Shown here piece after piece: positions 31,987 through 47,004 of a stretch of DNA of 64,000 nucleotides. Source of the stretch: Escherichia coli 042 (GTDB taxonomy: Bacteria; Pseudomonadota; Gammaproteobacteria; Enterobacterales; Enterobacteriaceae). Numbering within the stretch: the stretch's first letter is position 1; the number at the start of each line of letters is the position of its first letter. Made by a program: the position numbers and the translations under genes. The DNA is taken from NCBI RefSeq assembly GCF_000027125.1, contig NC_017626.1; one strand, given 5' to 3'. Below the pieces are notes generated by a model that worked only from the letters and a program-made list of their open reading frames with translations, searched no databases and had not been told where the DNA came from.

Positions 31987-32076
31987 ATGAGCCTGGTGGA
32001 TATCGCCATTCTTATCCTCAAACTCATTGTTGCAGCACTGCAACTGCTTGATGCTGTTCTGAAATACCTGAAGTAA
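31987..32076 (+). CDS. tisB: Type I toxin TisB (29-aa SOS-induced membrane peptide)
   Basis: Hand translation: MSLVDIAILILKLIVAALQLLDAVLKYLK*; AGGAG 6 nt upstream. Confidence 0.9.
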   Translation: MSLVDIAILILKLIVAALQLLDAVLKYLK

Positions 32077-32098
32077 TTCAGATTCAAGTCGCACCAAA

Positions 32099-32124
32099 GG
32101 GGAGCGGTTACCCGCTCCCCTTTT
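32099..32124 (+). terminator. Rho-independent terminator after tisB
   Basis: ggggagcgg-tta-cccgctcccc followed by tttt. Confidence 0.8.
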
Positions 32125-32355
32125 ATATTTAGCGTGTGGGTTGGTGTCGGATGCGATGCTGATGCATCTTATCCGCCCTACCATCCCTCCCGGCAACATT
32201 TATTGCCGCTTTTGTTTACATATTCTGCCGCTAAACAATTCCCCATTCCTGGCGTATATCTGGCTAACATTTATCAATGTGATAGATTCCTCTCCCGCAT
32301 TTATGGGAATGCGTAGTGACTTATTCTAATTATTTTTATAAAAGCATCCGTGATA

Positions 32356-33540
32356 ATGAAAAGGCATAGAAACGTCAATTTGTTATTGATGTTGGTATTA
32401 CTCGTGGCCGTCGGTCAGATGGCGCAAACCATTTATATTCCAGCTATTGCCGATATGGCGCGCGATCTCAACGTCCGTGAAGGGGCGGTGCAGAGCGTAA
32501 TGGGCGCTTATCTGCTGACTTACGGTGTCTCACAGCTGTTTTATGGCCCGATTTCCGACCGTGTGGGTCGCCGACCTGTGATCCTCGTCGGAATGTCCAT
32601 TTTTATGCTGGCAACGCTGGTCGCGGTCACGACCTCCAGTTTGACAGTATTGATTGCCGCCAGCGCGATGCAGGGGATGGGCACCGGCGTTGGCGGCGTA
32701 ATGGCGCGTACGTTGCCGCGTGATTTATATGAACGAACACAGTTGCGCCATGCTAATAGCCTGTTAAACATGGGAATTCTTGTCAGTCCGTTACTCGCAC
32801 CGCTAATCGGCGGTCTGCTGGATACGATGTGGAACTGGCGCGCCTGTTATCTCTTTTTGTTGGTACTTTGTGCCGGTGTGACCTTCAGTATGGCCCGCTG
32901 GATGCCGGAAACGCGTCCGGTCGACGCACCGCGCACACGCCTGCTTACCAGTTATAAAACGCTTTTCGGTAACAGCGGTTTTAACTGTTATTTGCTGATG
33001 CTGATTGGCGGTCTGGCAGGGATTGCCGCCTTTGAAGCCTGCTCCGGCGTGCTGATGGGCGCGGTATTAGGGCTGAGCAGTATGACGGTCAGTATTTTGT
33101 TTATTCTGCCGATTCCGGCGGCATTTTTTGGGGCATGGTTTGCCGGACGTCCTAATAAACGCTTCTCAACGTTGATGTGGCAGTCGGTTATCTGCTGCCT
33201 GCTGGCTGGCTTGCTGATGTGGATCCCCGACTGGTTTGGCGTGATGAATGTCTGGACGCTGCTCGTTCCCGCCGCGCTGTTCTTTTTCGGTGCCGGGATG
33301 CTGTTTCCGCTGGCGACCAGCGGCGCGATGGAGCCGTTCCCTTTCCTGGCGGGCACGGCTGGCGCGCTGGTCGGCGGTCTACAAAACATTGGTTCCGGCG
33401 TGCTGGCGTCGCTCTCTGCGATGTTGCCGCAAACCGGTCAGGGCAGCCTGGGGTTGTTGATGACCTTAATGGGATTGTTGATCGTGCTGTGCTGGCTACC
33501 GCTGGCGACGCGGATGTCGCATCAGGGGCAGCCCGTTTAA
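32356..33540 (+). CDS. emrD: Multidrug efflux MFS transporter
   Basis: Matches EmrD from MKRHRNVNLLLMLVLLVAVGQMAQTIYIPAIADMAR; ATG at 32356 gives 394 aa. Confidence 0.92.
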   Translation: MKRHRNVNLLLMLVLLVAVGQMAQTIYIPAIADMARDLNVREGAVQSVMGAYLLTYGVSQLFYGPISDRVGRRPVILVGMSIFMLATLVAVTTSSLTVLIAASAMQGMGTGVGGVMARTLPRDLYERTQLRHANSLLNMGILVSPLLAPLIGGLLDTMWNWRACYLFLLVLCAGVTFSMARWMPETRPVDAPRTRLLTSYKTLFGNSGFNCYLLMLIGGLAGIAAFEACSGVLMGAVLGLSSMTVSILFILPIPAAFFGAWFAGRPNKRFSTLMWQSVICCLLAGLLMWIPDWFGVMNVWTLLVPAALFFFGAGMLFPLATSGAMEPFPFLAGTAGALVGGLQNIGSGVLASLSAMLPQTGQGSLGLLMTLMGLLIVLCWLPLATRMSHQGQPV

Positions 33541-33547
33541 GCTCAAG

Positions 33548-34045
33548 TCACCGCAGCATCGTCATCAGCTCCATGGGAGAACGATGCTGCTTTATCAGAT
33601 CACGCATCACCCGCATATGCGGTGCGGAGTAAGAATAAAACGCCTGATAGTCCGCACATAGCACGCTGTCTGGCATCGCCTCCCGAGCGTGCGGACACAG
33701 CCGATGCCAGTCGCACGCCTGGCAGTCACGGCGCGGTTGCGGGTTTTCGCTGCCACACCATTTTTGTAAGGTGGCGTCAAAAAGCTCAATCGAGATACGA
33801 CTGATATCTGCCCGTACCCAACACTCGAACAGGGCAATTAAAAATTTCCCCCACAGCTCTGCTGTCACCGAAGCGGCCGTCAGATCGCCCCGGTCATCAA
33901 ATTCAAGATGGGGAATAAGCTGTACGGAGCGGAGCCCCCGCTGTTTGAAATTGTGATAAAAATCGGCAGGTTGCAGAGCATCCTTATACTCTACAACCAG
34001 TTTATGCCTGTCCTCTTCAGCATCAATGACCTGACTTCCTGTCAT
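33548..34045 (-). CDS. yidF: Conserved Cys-rich protein YidF
   Basis: 165 aa; synteny with yidGH. Confidence 0.8.
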   Translation of the reverse strand: MTGSQVIDAEEDRHKLVVEYKDALQPADFYHNFKQRGLRSVQLIPHLEFDDRGDLTAASVTAELWGKFLIALFECWVRADISRISIELFDATLQKWCGSENPQPRRDCQACDWHRLCPHAREAMPDSVLCADYQAFYSYSAPHMRVMRDLIKQHRSPMELMTMLR

Positions 34046-34404
34046 GCGACTCTCTCAATAAATACGATAAGTTGATGTATATGCGTTACAGCAAACAGTA
34101 TTGCGAGAGATAACACCGCGAGGGAGATCAAAAATTTGTCACGGACTACGTGAAATTGGGAAAAATCGCTATTCGTGACATCCATTAAATTGCGATTACG
34201 GGTGTAGTGCCAGAGGATCAGCGCCACGATGGCGAGGATGCCAATCGAAATCCAGAATAACATGCCCGCATGGTGCCAGTTGTGTTTGATAACCAACGCC
34301 ATCAACGCGCCGTAGCCCAGCATGGTACGAAACCACGCCAGTGATGTACGCTCCGGCTGCAGCCCTGGGTCGGCAATGCGTCTGGCTTTGCGGCTATCCG
34401 GCAT
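34042..34404 (-). CDS. yidG: Inner membrane protein YidG
   Basis: 120-aa hydrophobic protein; overlaps yidF and yidH ends. Confidence 0.8.
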   Translation of the reverse strand: MPDSRKARRIADPGLQPERTSLAWFRTMLGYGALMALVIKHNWHHAGMLFWISIGILAIVALILWHYTRNRNLMDVTNSDFSQFHVVRDKFLISLAVLSLAILFAVTHIHQLIVFIERVA

Positions 34405-34741
34405 ACAACACCAGTCCCATGACGATCACCGCCACGATCATCAATATTAAGCTGATGATTAATAAGCTGTTGGTATAGGGCAGGTCCTCTTTCAGACGCA
34501 TCGCTTTTTCATTGCGTAACCAGCGCAAGTAGCCATACATCGCTAACCCGCCGGAAAACAGACACAACAACAACGCCAGCAGTTCGCGAATGACGGGCGT
34601 GGCGAAATCTGGCGCAAGTTGGTCAAGCCCAACCCCCGCCGCCAGAAATCCTAGTGCGGTACGGATCCACGCCAGAAAAGTACGCTCATTAGCCAGCGAG
34701 AAGCGGTAATCGGGCGCTTCTCCGAGGCGGGAAATTTTCAT
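34394..34741 (-). CDS. yidH: DUF202 inner membrane protein YidH
   Basis: 115-aa membrane protein; synteny. Confidence 0.8.
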   Translation of the reverse strand: MKISRLGEAPDYRFSLANERTFLAWIRTALGFLAAGVGLDQLAPDFATPVIRELLALLLCLFSGGLAMYGYLRWLRNEKAMRLKEDLPYTNSLLIISLILMIVAVIVMGLVLYAG

Positions 34742-34849
34742 TGTTGCTCCTTTGCAATTTCACTAACGCTCTATCTTTAGCGGTTTTTTTTAAGAATTTC
34801 GTCCGCCCGTTTCCTGATATGCTTTTGCCATCCGCTACAAGGAGGTCAG

Positions 34850-35299
34850 ATGGGTATCATAGCTCAAAATAAAATCAGTTCATTGGGCATGCTGTTCGGT
34901 GCCATCGCTTTAATGATGGGGATTATCCACTTTTCATTCGGCCCTTTTTCCGCACCACCGCCAACGCTTGAAAGCATCGTGGCGGACAAAACGGCTGAAA
35001 TTAAAAGAGGTCTTCTCGCCGGAATAAAAGGCGAAAAAATTACCACCGTGGAGAAAAAAGAGGACGTGGATGTCGATAAAATCCTCGATCAAAGCGGTAT
35101 CGCACTGGCCATTGCTGCGCTACTTTGCGCATTTGTTGGCGGTATGCGTAAGGAAAATCGCTGGGGCATTCGCGGCGCGCTGGTTTTTGGCGGCGGGACG
35201 CTGGCTTTCCATACCTTGCTTTTTGGTATCGGCATCGTGTGCAGCATTTTGCTGATATTCCTTATCTTTTCCTTCCTGACCGGCGGTTCGCTGGTTTAA
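34850..35299 (+). CDS. yidI: Inner membrane protein YidI
   Basis: 149-aa hydrophobic protein; synteny. Confidence 0.8.
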   Translation: MGIIAQNKISSLGMLFGAIALMMGIIHFSFGPFSAPPPTLESIVADKTAEIKRGLLAGIKGEKITTVEKKEDVDVDKILDQSGIALAIAALLCAFVGGMRKENRWGIRGALVFGGGTLAFHTLLFGIGIVCSILLIFLIFSFLTGGSLV

Positions 35300-35345
35300 G
35301 CAGCCTGAATAATGCCCGCCGGGTGATCATCAGCGGGCATTATCG

Positions 35346-36839
35346 TCAGAACTTCTGTTTTTTCTCTTCCACCTTCACCCCTTGTGTCGGTAGGCCGGTG
35401 TCATAGTCGCGTACCACTGGCGAATAGCCATCTTGTGGGCGTGGACGAAACGCCCCCATCCAGCGCGGTCGTGCATCTTTACGCCACGGACGCAGACTCC
35501 ATTGGTAACTGCGGAACGGATCGCGAATTTTATCCATGTAATCCAATAAGGCGTCATGCATTTTGCTGCGCACGTCGGCAAAACGGATATCATCTATCAG
35601 GTTATGCATTTCATTTGAATCATTACGGCGATCGTAAAGTTCATCACTGGTGAAGAGGTTGAGCACCAGTTTAAAGTCATCCGTCACCCAGCAACGCACC
35701 GGAATAAAACCGCCAAAGCTGTCATGCTCAATCTCGTAGCGGTTAAATTCCACCATCACGCCGCGTGGCTCTGTCACGGCAAGGATATTTTCCCCCGGCA
35801 GAATCTCTGGTTTTTCAATATCTGCCAGCGCCATCATTGTCGGCAGTAAATCGATATGACTGACTGGCGTATCGACCTGTCGCCGCTCCCCTTGCGGCGA
35901 ACGGATGATCAGCGGAATGCGGGTGATGTCGTCATACATCGCCGCCCCTTTACTGATCAGCTTATGTGCGCCCATCATTTCGCCGTGATCGGAGGTATAA
36001 ATAACCCACGTATTTTCACGTTGCTCTGGCGTTAAGGCATTGATGACCCGTCCGATTTGGTCATCAACAAAGTCATTACAGGCAAAATAGAGCGGATGGT
36101 GATAAAGCCCGTCATCACCGACTGGCGATGGCATCGCCTGCGCCCATAAGCGGTGATGTTCCGGTTTGTTAGCCAGGTCATCCTGTGCTTTCTCGCCCAG
36201 CTCGTAGTAAAAATCAGCGTATTTCTCTAAATACTCCACCGGACAGGTGAACGGGTGATGCGGCTCATCATACGAAACCACCATCAGGAAGGGTTCCTCG
36301 GCGCGCGCGGGCTGTTGCAGAAAATCTACCGCCCGATTGCTGATGCGGTGCGCCCAGGTGAAGGTTTCGTCGATATGGTTCGCCTGTAAATCCTCAACGC
36401 TGTTTAGGCCATTGCGCCACAGGCTGATCTCTTTTTCCGTCAGTTCGCTAAGGTAGTTCGCCCCATCGAACCAGTAATCAGCGTCCCACTCCGGCGGACA
36501 CTCGCCAGTGCCGAAATAGTCATGACCGTCGAGATGCCATTTGCCAATGTAACAGGTGTGATAGCCCGCATCCTTAAAGTAGCGCCCCATGGTGGAAATG
36601 TTTTTACCTGGCGCGACGTTGTTGGTCCACGGGCCGGACTGGTTAGCGTAGATACCGGTAAACAGCCCGGCGCGCGCTGGTGTACAAACCGGTGAACAGG
36701 TATAGGCGGAATTAAAGCGAATACTTTCCGCCGCCAGACTATCAATATTTTGCGTATTCAGCGGCTTACCGCTATAGCAACCGACCATATTGGTGGCCTG
36801 GGTATCGGTCATGATGAACAGAAAATTGGGGCGTTTCAT
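35346..36839 (-). CDS. yidJ: Sulfatase family protein
   Basis: 497 aa; sulfatase N-terminal motif (CSPVCTPARAGLFTG). Confidence 0.85.
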   Translation of the reverse strand: MKRPNFLFIMTDTQATNMVGCYSGKPLNTQNIDSLAAESIRFNSAYTCSPVCTPARAGLFTGIYANQSGPWTNNVAPGKNISTMGRYFKDAGYHTCYIGKWHLDGHDYFGTGECPPEWDADYWFDGANYLSELTEKEISLWRNGLNSVEDLQANHIDETFTWAHRISNRAVDFLQQPARAEEPFLMVVSYDEPHHPFTCPVEYLEKYADFYYELGEKAQDDLANKPEHHRLWAQAMPSPVGDDGLYHHPLYFACNDFVDDQIGRVINALTPEQRENTWVIYTSDHGEMMGAHKLISKGAAMYDDITRIPLIIRSPQGERRQVDTPVSHIDLLPTMMALADIEKPEILPGENILAVTEPRGVMVEFNRYEIEHDSFGGFIPVRCWVTDDFKLVLNLFTSDELYDRRNDSNEMHNLIDDIRFADVRSKMHDALLDYMDKIRDPFRSYQWSLRPWRKDARPRWMGAFRPRPQDGYSPVVRDYDTGLPTQGVKVEEKKQKF

Positions 36840-38551
36840 AGGCTATCCTTCGCGTCGGGAGTAAAGGTTACGGCTGGGTCGTGACGATGCCGCCAGCTAT
36901 CAAAAATCAGGTAGACAATCACTACGGCAGCGATGAAATAACTGATCATCGCTAACCAGCGCGTACCGTAGCCGCCGAATTCAGCCAGCCCGGCATAGAC
37001 GCCAATCATCGCGAACAGGATGCCAATTGACGCGATCTTGACGTTTTTCCACGGTTTCATGTCCACCGCAAACGCATCGTTGAAGGTGAACGGCGTGGCG
37101 CGCGGTTTGATAAAACCGATCACCAGCATCACGACCACGTTGATGCAGAACGTACAGGCCAGCACATAGAGGAAATGGAAGTCGAACTTCACCAGATAGT
37201 TGATGGTGATGTAGCTGATTATGCCAATCCCCATCGCCACTTTTGCCGCCAGCGCCGGAATGCGCGGGAAGAAAAAGCCCATAATGATGATGGTAACCAG
37301 CGGCACGTTGTAAATACCGTTGAGCTGTTTCATCCAGCTATATAGCCCCTGCGGCGCGTTGGCGATCCACGGCGCGACCAGCACCGAAACGATAGCGATA
37401 AAGAAACCAAATTTGCGCCCGACGGTGACCAGCTGCTGCGGCTCGGCATTCTGGTTAATGATGCGCCGGTAAATACCCATACTGAATAACGTACTGGCGC
37501 TATTCAGAAAGCCGTTGAAGGTACTGATCACCGCACCAAATAACACCGCGCCGAAGAAACCCACCAGTGGCACTGGCAGAACGTTATTGACCAGCGTCGG
37601 GTAGGCCATGTCGGCTTTAGGTAAATCCTGATACAGATGAAACGCAATCAACCCTGGCAGCACCAGTACCAGCGGGTCGAGCATTTTCAGCACCGCCGTT
37701 AACAGCGCCCCCTTTTGCCCTTCCGCCAGGCTTTTTGACGCCAGTGTGCGTTGCACGATGCCCTGATTTGTACACCAGTAAAAGGTGTTCACCAGAATCA
37801 AACCGGTAAATGCCGCGCCAATCGGCAAGGGATCGGTCGGGCCGCCGACTGAGTTTAATTTCTCGGCGTGAACGGTGGTGAGTTGCTCAATGCCCTGCAT
37901 AAAGCTGCCCTTGCCCATCGCGATCAGGCCAAATATCGGCACCATCAACCCGCCAATAACCAGCCCAATACCGTTAATGGAGTCTGCCACTGCCATTGCG
38001 CGCAGTCCGCCGATCACCGCATACAAAATTCCCGCCATACCAAGCAAAATAACCAGTAGCCAGATCGCTGCGCCGTGGGAAATTTGTAACGATTCCCCGA
38101 CGTGAAACAGGCTGTTGAGCGCCAACGCGCCGGAGTAGAGAACAATCGGCAGAAAGCAGACACCGGTGGCAATGAGGAAGCAGAAGTCGATGATAATACG
38201 CGTCGTTTTATCATAACGTTCCTCCAGGAAATCGGGGATGGTGGCAATGCCACGCTTCAGATAGCGCGGTAAAAAGATTAGCGCGAGGAAGATCAGCGTC
38301 ACCGCAGAAGTGACTTCCCAGCCCATCACCGACATGCCGCTTTTGTAGGCCTGCCCGGAAAGTCCAACCAGTTGTTCCGTGGAAAGGTTGGTTAGCATTA
38401 ACGAAGCGGCAATAACCGGCGCTTTTAGTGAACGTCCGGCAAGAAAATAGCCTTGTTGCGATCCGGTATCTGTTTTGCGGACCTTCCACCAGGTGATGAC
38501 CGCCACCAGCAGCGTAAAACCGACAAAACTCAAGATTTGTAACGAATTCAT
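36836..38551 (-). CDS. yidK: Sodium:solute symporter family transporter
   Basis: 571-aa polytopic membrane protein; overlaps the yidJ start. Confidence 0.85.
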   Translation of the reverse strand: MNSLQILSFVGFTLLVAVITWWKVRKTDTGSQQGYFLAGRSLKAPVIAASLMLTNLSTEQLVGLSGQAYKSGMSVMGWEVTSAVTLIFLALIFLPRYLKRGIATIPDFLEERYDKTTRIIIDFCFLIATGVCFLPIVLYSGALALNSLFHVGESLQISHGAAIWLLVILLGMAGILYAVIGGLRAMAVADSINGIGLVIGGLMVPIFGLIAMGKGSFMQGIEQLTTVHAEKLNSVGGPTDPLPIGAAFTGLILVNTFYWCTNQGIVQRTLASKSLAEGQKGALLTAVLKMLDPLVLVLPGLIAFHLYQDLPKADMAYPTLVNNVLPVPLVGFFGAVLFGAVISTFNGFLNSASTLFSMGIYRRIINQNAEPQQLVTVGRKFGFFIAIVSVLVAPWIANAPQGLYSWMKQLNGIYNVPLVTIIIMGFFFPRIPALAAKVAMGIGIISYITINYLVKFDFHFLYVLACTFCINVVVMLVIGFIKPRATPFTFNDAFAVDMKPWKNVKIASIGILFAMIGVYAGLAEFGGYGTRWLAMISYFIAAVVIVYLIFDSWRHRHDPAVTFTPDAKDSL

Positions 38552-38717
38552 CTCATAGCCCTTATTTATGTTTATGTCCCGGACGCATGAATATAGGGAG
38601 AGGTAAAATGCGTCGGGTCAGGCAGTCAGATTCTTAAAATACAAACGTCGTATCCCTGAACGGATTGTTTTCTGTTAAGTTCAGGTTGTGAGCATAATTC
38701 GCCGGAGGGATATTAAA

Positions 38718-42546
<3,829 letters not shown>

Positions 42547-42841
42547 TTCCACATCCTCTTTTCTCAATTCTGTAAGTAGGAAGCCTGATTGGTTATGCGG
42601 CAGGCCTGGAGCGAGGATAGGAAGATGCGATCGGCAGAACATGACGACCCAATGGGATTCGTGATCGCTTTCATGCTTTTCGTTGGGCGGTAGAGATCTA
42701 CGTTTTCGCGAAAAAGTAGACATCTGTGAGCACTGGTACACAGCATCGAACACATCTTTAAAAAAAAGATTTTTTTTCAATCGATTAAGCAGAACTTGTG
42801 GGCGCATTACCCGGGCTTGCAGGCAAAAAAGAGATCTAGAG

Positions 42842-43558
42842 ATGATCTACAAAAGCATTGCGGAGCGGTTAAGAATTCGACTTAATTCCGCAGATTTCAC
42901 GCTAAACAGCCTTCTTCCCGGTGAAAAAAAGCTGGCGGAAGAGTTTGCGGTATCGCGGATGACCATCCGTAAAGCCATTGACCTTCTGGTGGCGTGGGGG
43001 CTGGTGGTCCGCCGCCACGGCAGCGGCACTTACCTGGTGCGTAAAGATGTATTGCATCAAACCGCCAGCCTGACCGGGCTGGTGGAGGTGTTAAAACGCC
43101 AAGGAAAAACGGTCACCAGCCAGGTGCTGATTTTTGAAATCATGCCTGCGCCTCCGGCCATTGCCAGCCAGTTACGGATTCAAATCAACGAGCAGATCTA
43201 CTTCTCCCGTCGCGTTCGTTTTGTGGAAGGGAAACCGCTGATGCTGGAAGACAGCTATATGCCGGTAAAACTGTTCCGTAACCTTTCGCTGCAACATCTG
43301 GAAGGGTCGAAGTTTGAATATATTGAACAAGAGTGCGGGATTCTGATTGGCGGTAATTATGAAAGCCTGACGCCGGTGCTCGCCGATAGACTGCTGGCGC
43401 GGCAAATGAAGGTAGCGGAACACACGCCACTGCTGCGGATCACCTCGTTGTCATATAGCGAGAGCGGGGAGTTTTTGAATTATTCAGTGATGTTCAGAAA
43501 TGCCAGCGAATACCAGGTGGAGTACCATTTACGGCGACTCCACCCGGAAAAGAGTTAA
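42842..43558 (+). CDS. yidP: GntR-family transcriptional regulator
   Basis: 238 aa from the ATG at 42842; N-terminal GntR HTH ([22 protein letters not shown]). Confidence 0.85.
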
Positions 43559-45216
43559 CCGATACTCCAGAAGAGCACCGCCAGTAATTGGGGGGTGATA
43601 ATGCGCAGGAACATCACTAACGGATAGACAGTGGCGTAAGAGAGCGCCGCCGCACCGCTCGTTGGATGAAGATTATTAGCAAACGCCAGCGCCGGAGGAT
43701 CGGTCATGGAGCCAGCCAGCATCCCGCACATGGTCAGGTAATTCATTTTGGCTAACATCCGCGCCAGAATGCCAACAGTAATCAGCGGAACGGCGGTGAT
43801 CAGCGCACCATAACCAATCCAGCTTAGCCCTTCGCCATTGACCAGGGTATTCACAAAATCCCCACCAGATTTCAGACCAACGACCGAGAGGAACAGCACG
43901 ATCCCCAGCTCCCGCAGCGCGAGGTTGGCACTTGGCGGCATAAACCAGTACAGCTTGCCGATACTGCCGATACGCCCGAGGATCAACGCCATAATCAGCG
44001 GACCGCCCGCCAGCCCCAGTTTCAATGCGGCCGGGAATCCCGGCACAAAGACGGGAATAGAACCTAACAATACGCCAAGCCCGATACCAATAAACACCGG
44101 CAACATCTGAACCTGTTGCAGTTTTTGCTGCGCATTCCCCAGCACATTGGCAACGGCATCAATTGCGGACGGACGCCCCACCAGGTTGAGAATATCGCCG
44201 AACTGCAGGCTGATATCGCCACTGGCAACCAGTTCGACCCCGGCACGGTTCAGGCGCGAGATAACAACGTCGTAGCGTTCTTTAAAGTGCAGGTCGCGAA
44301 TACGCTTACCAAGCACGTTTTCATTGGTGACCACCACACGCTCGACGCGTAAATCAGTGCCTTTCGTGGACAGCGAGGTATCGACCTCCTGACCAATCAC
44401 CAGTTGCGCATTATGTAAATCCGCTGGCTGCCCCACCAGATGCAGCAAATCGCCCAGTTGGATAATGGTATCTGGCGAAGGTACTTTTAGGGTTTCTTCT
44501 CGTTTCAGACGCGAGCAGATAATTTTGTCGCCGTTGAGAATCGGTACATCTTTAATGGCTAAATCATGCAGGTTAGGGTTCTCAACGCGAATATTGATAG
44601 TCCTGATCAGCGCGCCGCCATTGGTGCGTGAAGACTCGTGCTGCTGGGCTTCTGTCTCGACATTGACGCGGAAAATAACCCGCAACATCCACATGGTGAA
44701 CAAAATCCCGCAAATGCCGAATGGATACGCCATCGCGTAACTCATCCCCATCTGATCGACCATTTCCATTGGTGTACCCAGGTCGCGCAAGATCTGCTGC
44801 CCTGCCCCCAGTGCTGGCGTATTGGTTACCGCACCGGAGAAAATCCCCAGTACTACCGGCAGTGGAATATCAAACAGTTTATGCAGGATGGCGGTAACCA
44901 GACCACCGATGATGACGATCAGAACAGCAAACAGGTTGAGGCGTAATCCGGAGACGCGCAATGAGGCAAAGAAGCCCGGACCCACCTGAATCCCGATGGT
45001 ATAAACGAACAGGATCAGGCCAAATTCCTGAATAACATGCAGCATATCGCTACTTAATGTCATCCCCGCCTGAGAAACAAAATGGCCGACGATGATCCCA
45101 CCAAACAGCACGCCGCCAATACCTAATCCTATGCCGCGAAATTTGACGTTGCCGATAAACAAACCGACGACTGCCACCAAAGCCAGAATACTGACCGTTA
45201 ATGCTATATCACTCAT
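43555..45216 (-). CDS. yidE: Putative transport protein YidE (AAE-type transporter with TrkA-C domains)
   Basis: Matches YidE from [22 protein letters not shown]; 553 aa. Confidence 0.88.
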
Positions 45217-45367
45217 CGTCCATTTCTCTTGAGATAACATTTTAATTGCTACGGATTATGGCTGAATCGGTGAAGCAGATTTGCCTTATAGCGCACATTA
45301 TCACGGGAAAGAACGTGCCGAAATATCTTAAACAGGCGAAAATTAACGCATTGTTGAAGAAGAAAGA

Positions 45368-45396
45368 CAAAAAAAGCCCCACCAGAATGGCGGGGC
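45368..45396 (-). terminator. Rho-independent terminator downstream of ibpB
   Basis: Minus strand gccccgccattctggtggggc followed by ttttttt. Confidence 0.7.
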
Positions 45397-45411
45397 AAAG
45401 AGAATAGCTAG

Positions 45412-45840
45412 TTAGCTATTTAACGCGGGACGTTCGCTGATAGCGATACGCTGCGCTGCGATGGGTTCAGGCTCATTACGAATTAAATCAATATGCAGTA
45501 AACCGTTTACGAAGGTTGCACCAGAGACTTCCATATTTTCAGCCAGCGTAAAGCTCAGGCTAAATGGCTGATTCATAAGCCCTTGATGCAGCCATTTTTT
45601 CTCTTCTTTTGGCTGCTCCGGCGTGCCTTTTACGCTCAGGCGCGTACCTTCCAGTTGAATCTCTAAATCTTCCTGACGAAAACCTGCCAGCGCAAGGGTA
45701 ATGCGGTAGTGGTTATCGTCGCTTTTCTCAATGTTGTACGGCGGGAAGCTCTGGCTTTCACCGGCGTTTTGCAGTGCGTTGGCCAGTTTGTCAAAACCGA
45801 TCCATTGACGCATCAGTGGGGATAAATCGAAGTTACGCAT
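45412..45840 (-). CDS. ibpB: Small heat shock protein IbpB
   Basis: Matches IbpB ([24 protein letters not shown]); 142 aa. Confidence 0.93.
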
Positions 45841-45951
45841 AGTCATTTCTCCTTCTAAGAAGCGAGTAAGTACCTGCAAATCCGAAGATTCGCATATGCT
45901 CCCTGACGGCGAGCATGGAGATGTCAGGCCGCGCCAGGCGGCCTTAAGGAA

Positions 45952-46365
45952 TTAGTTGATTTCGATACGGCGCGGTTTTTTCGCTTCCGGAATCACGCGT
46001 TCGAGATCGATATACAGCAGACCATTCACCAGGTTAGCACCACGAACATGAATGTTCTCAGCTAACTGGAATTTGCGTTCAAAGTTGCGTTCAGCGATGC
46101 CCTGGTACAGATAGGTGCGCTCTTTTTGTTCGTCGGCGTGAGCACCTTTCACCACCAGCAGATTATCCTGGGCGGTAATTTCCAGTTCGCTCTCAGCAAA
46201 ACCAGCCACAGCGATAGCAATGCGGTAATGGTTTTCGTCTACCAGTTCAACGTTATACGGAGGGTAGCCGCCATTACTCTGGCTCTGGTTGTTTTCTAAG
46301 TGGTTAAACAAACGGTCAAATCCAATAGCAGAACGGTAAAGCGGGGATAAATCAAAGTTACGCAT
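45952..46365 (-). CDS. ibpA: Small heat shock protein IbpA
   Basis: Matches IbpA ([24 protein letters not shown]); AGGAG RBS; 137 aa. Confidence 0.93.
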
Positions 46366-46467
46366 AATCAATAGCTCCTGAAATCAGCGAGAATGTAAGA
46401 CCTTCCACAATGGACAGGTCAGGTAGCCAGAACACCCATCAGGCGCGTCCTCATCGGCTACGATGTA

Positions 46468-46495
46468 AAAATGGGTCTGGAAATGAACTTTTCAA
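46468..46495 (-). promoter_or_regulatory. Sigma-32 heat-shock promoter of ibpAB
   Basis: Minus strand cTTGAAAa, 14-nt spacer, CCCATtTt, about 100 nt upstream of the ibpA start. Confidence 0.8.
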
Positions 46496-46670
46496 GCCTT
46501 ATCAGCGGACTTTTTTTTGCAGTTTATGGTCTATTGCATAGACTGAGGGGGCAGCACGAAACGTTAAAGTGCGATAGCCGCCACAGTGCGACGTAATGAT
46601 GATGTTATTTTCAGCAAGGGATCGCTATAACTCATCAGGCCAACACCCACGATCAACAGATGAATTTATT

Positions 46671-47003
46671 ATGATAAGAAATGTGTTGTTAGCGTTCATG
46701 ATATGCAGCGGAATGACATTACTTGGAGGATGCTCCAGCGTGATGTCCCATACCGGGGGGAAAGAAGGAACGTATCCCGGCACCCGCGCCAGCGCCACCA
46801 TGATTGGCGACGATGAAACCAACTGGGGCACTAAGTCGCTGGCGATTCTCGATATGCCGTTTACCGCTGTGATGGACACGCTTTTACTGCCGTGGGACGT
46901 GTTCCGCAAAGACAGCTCGGTGCGCTCACGCGTTGAAAAAAGCGAAGCCAACGCGCAAGCCACCAATGCGGTTATTCCACCGGCCAGAATGCCTGATAAC
47001 TGA
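46671..47003 (+). CDS. yidQ: DUF1375 lipoprotein YidQ
   Basis: Matches YidQ from MIRNVLLAFMICSGMTLLGGCSS (lipobox); 110 aa. Confidence 0.85.
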   Translation: MIRNVLLAFMICSGMTLLGGCSSVMSHTGGKEGTYPGTRASATMIGDDETNWGTKSLAILDMPFTAVMDTLLLPWDVFRKDSSVRSRVEKSEANAQATNAVIPPARMPDN

Positions 47004-47004
47004 T

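Noticed and set aside
33177-33632. 151-aa ORF in another frame over the emrD 3' end
   Set aside because: Overlaps the conserved emrD coding frame; no independent support.
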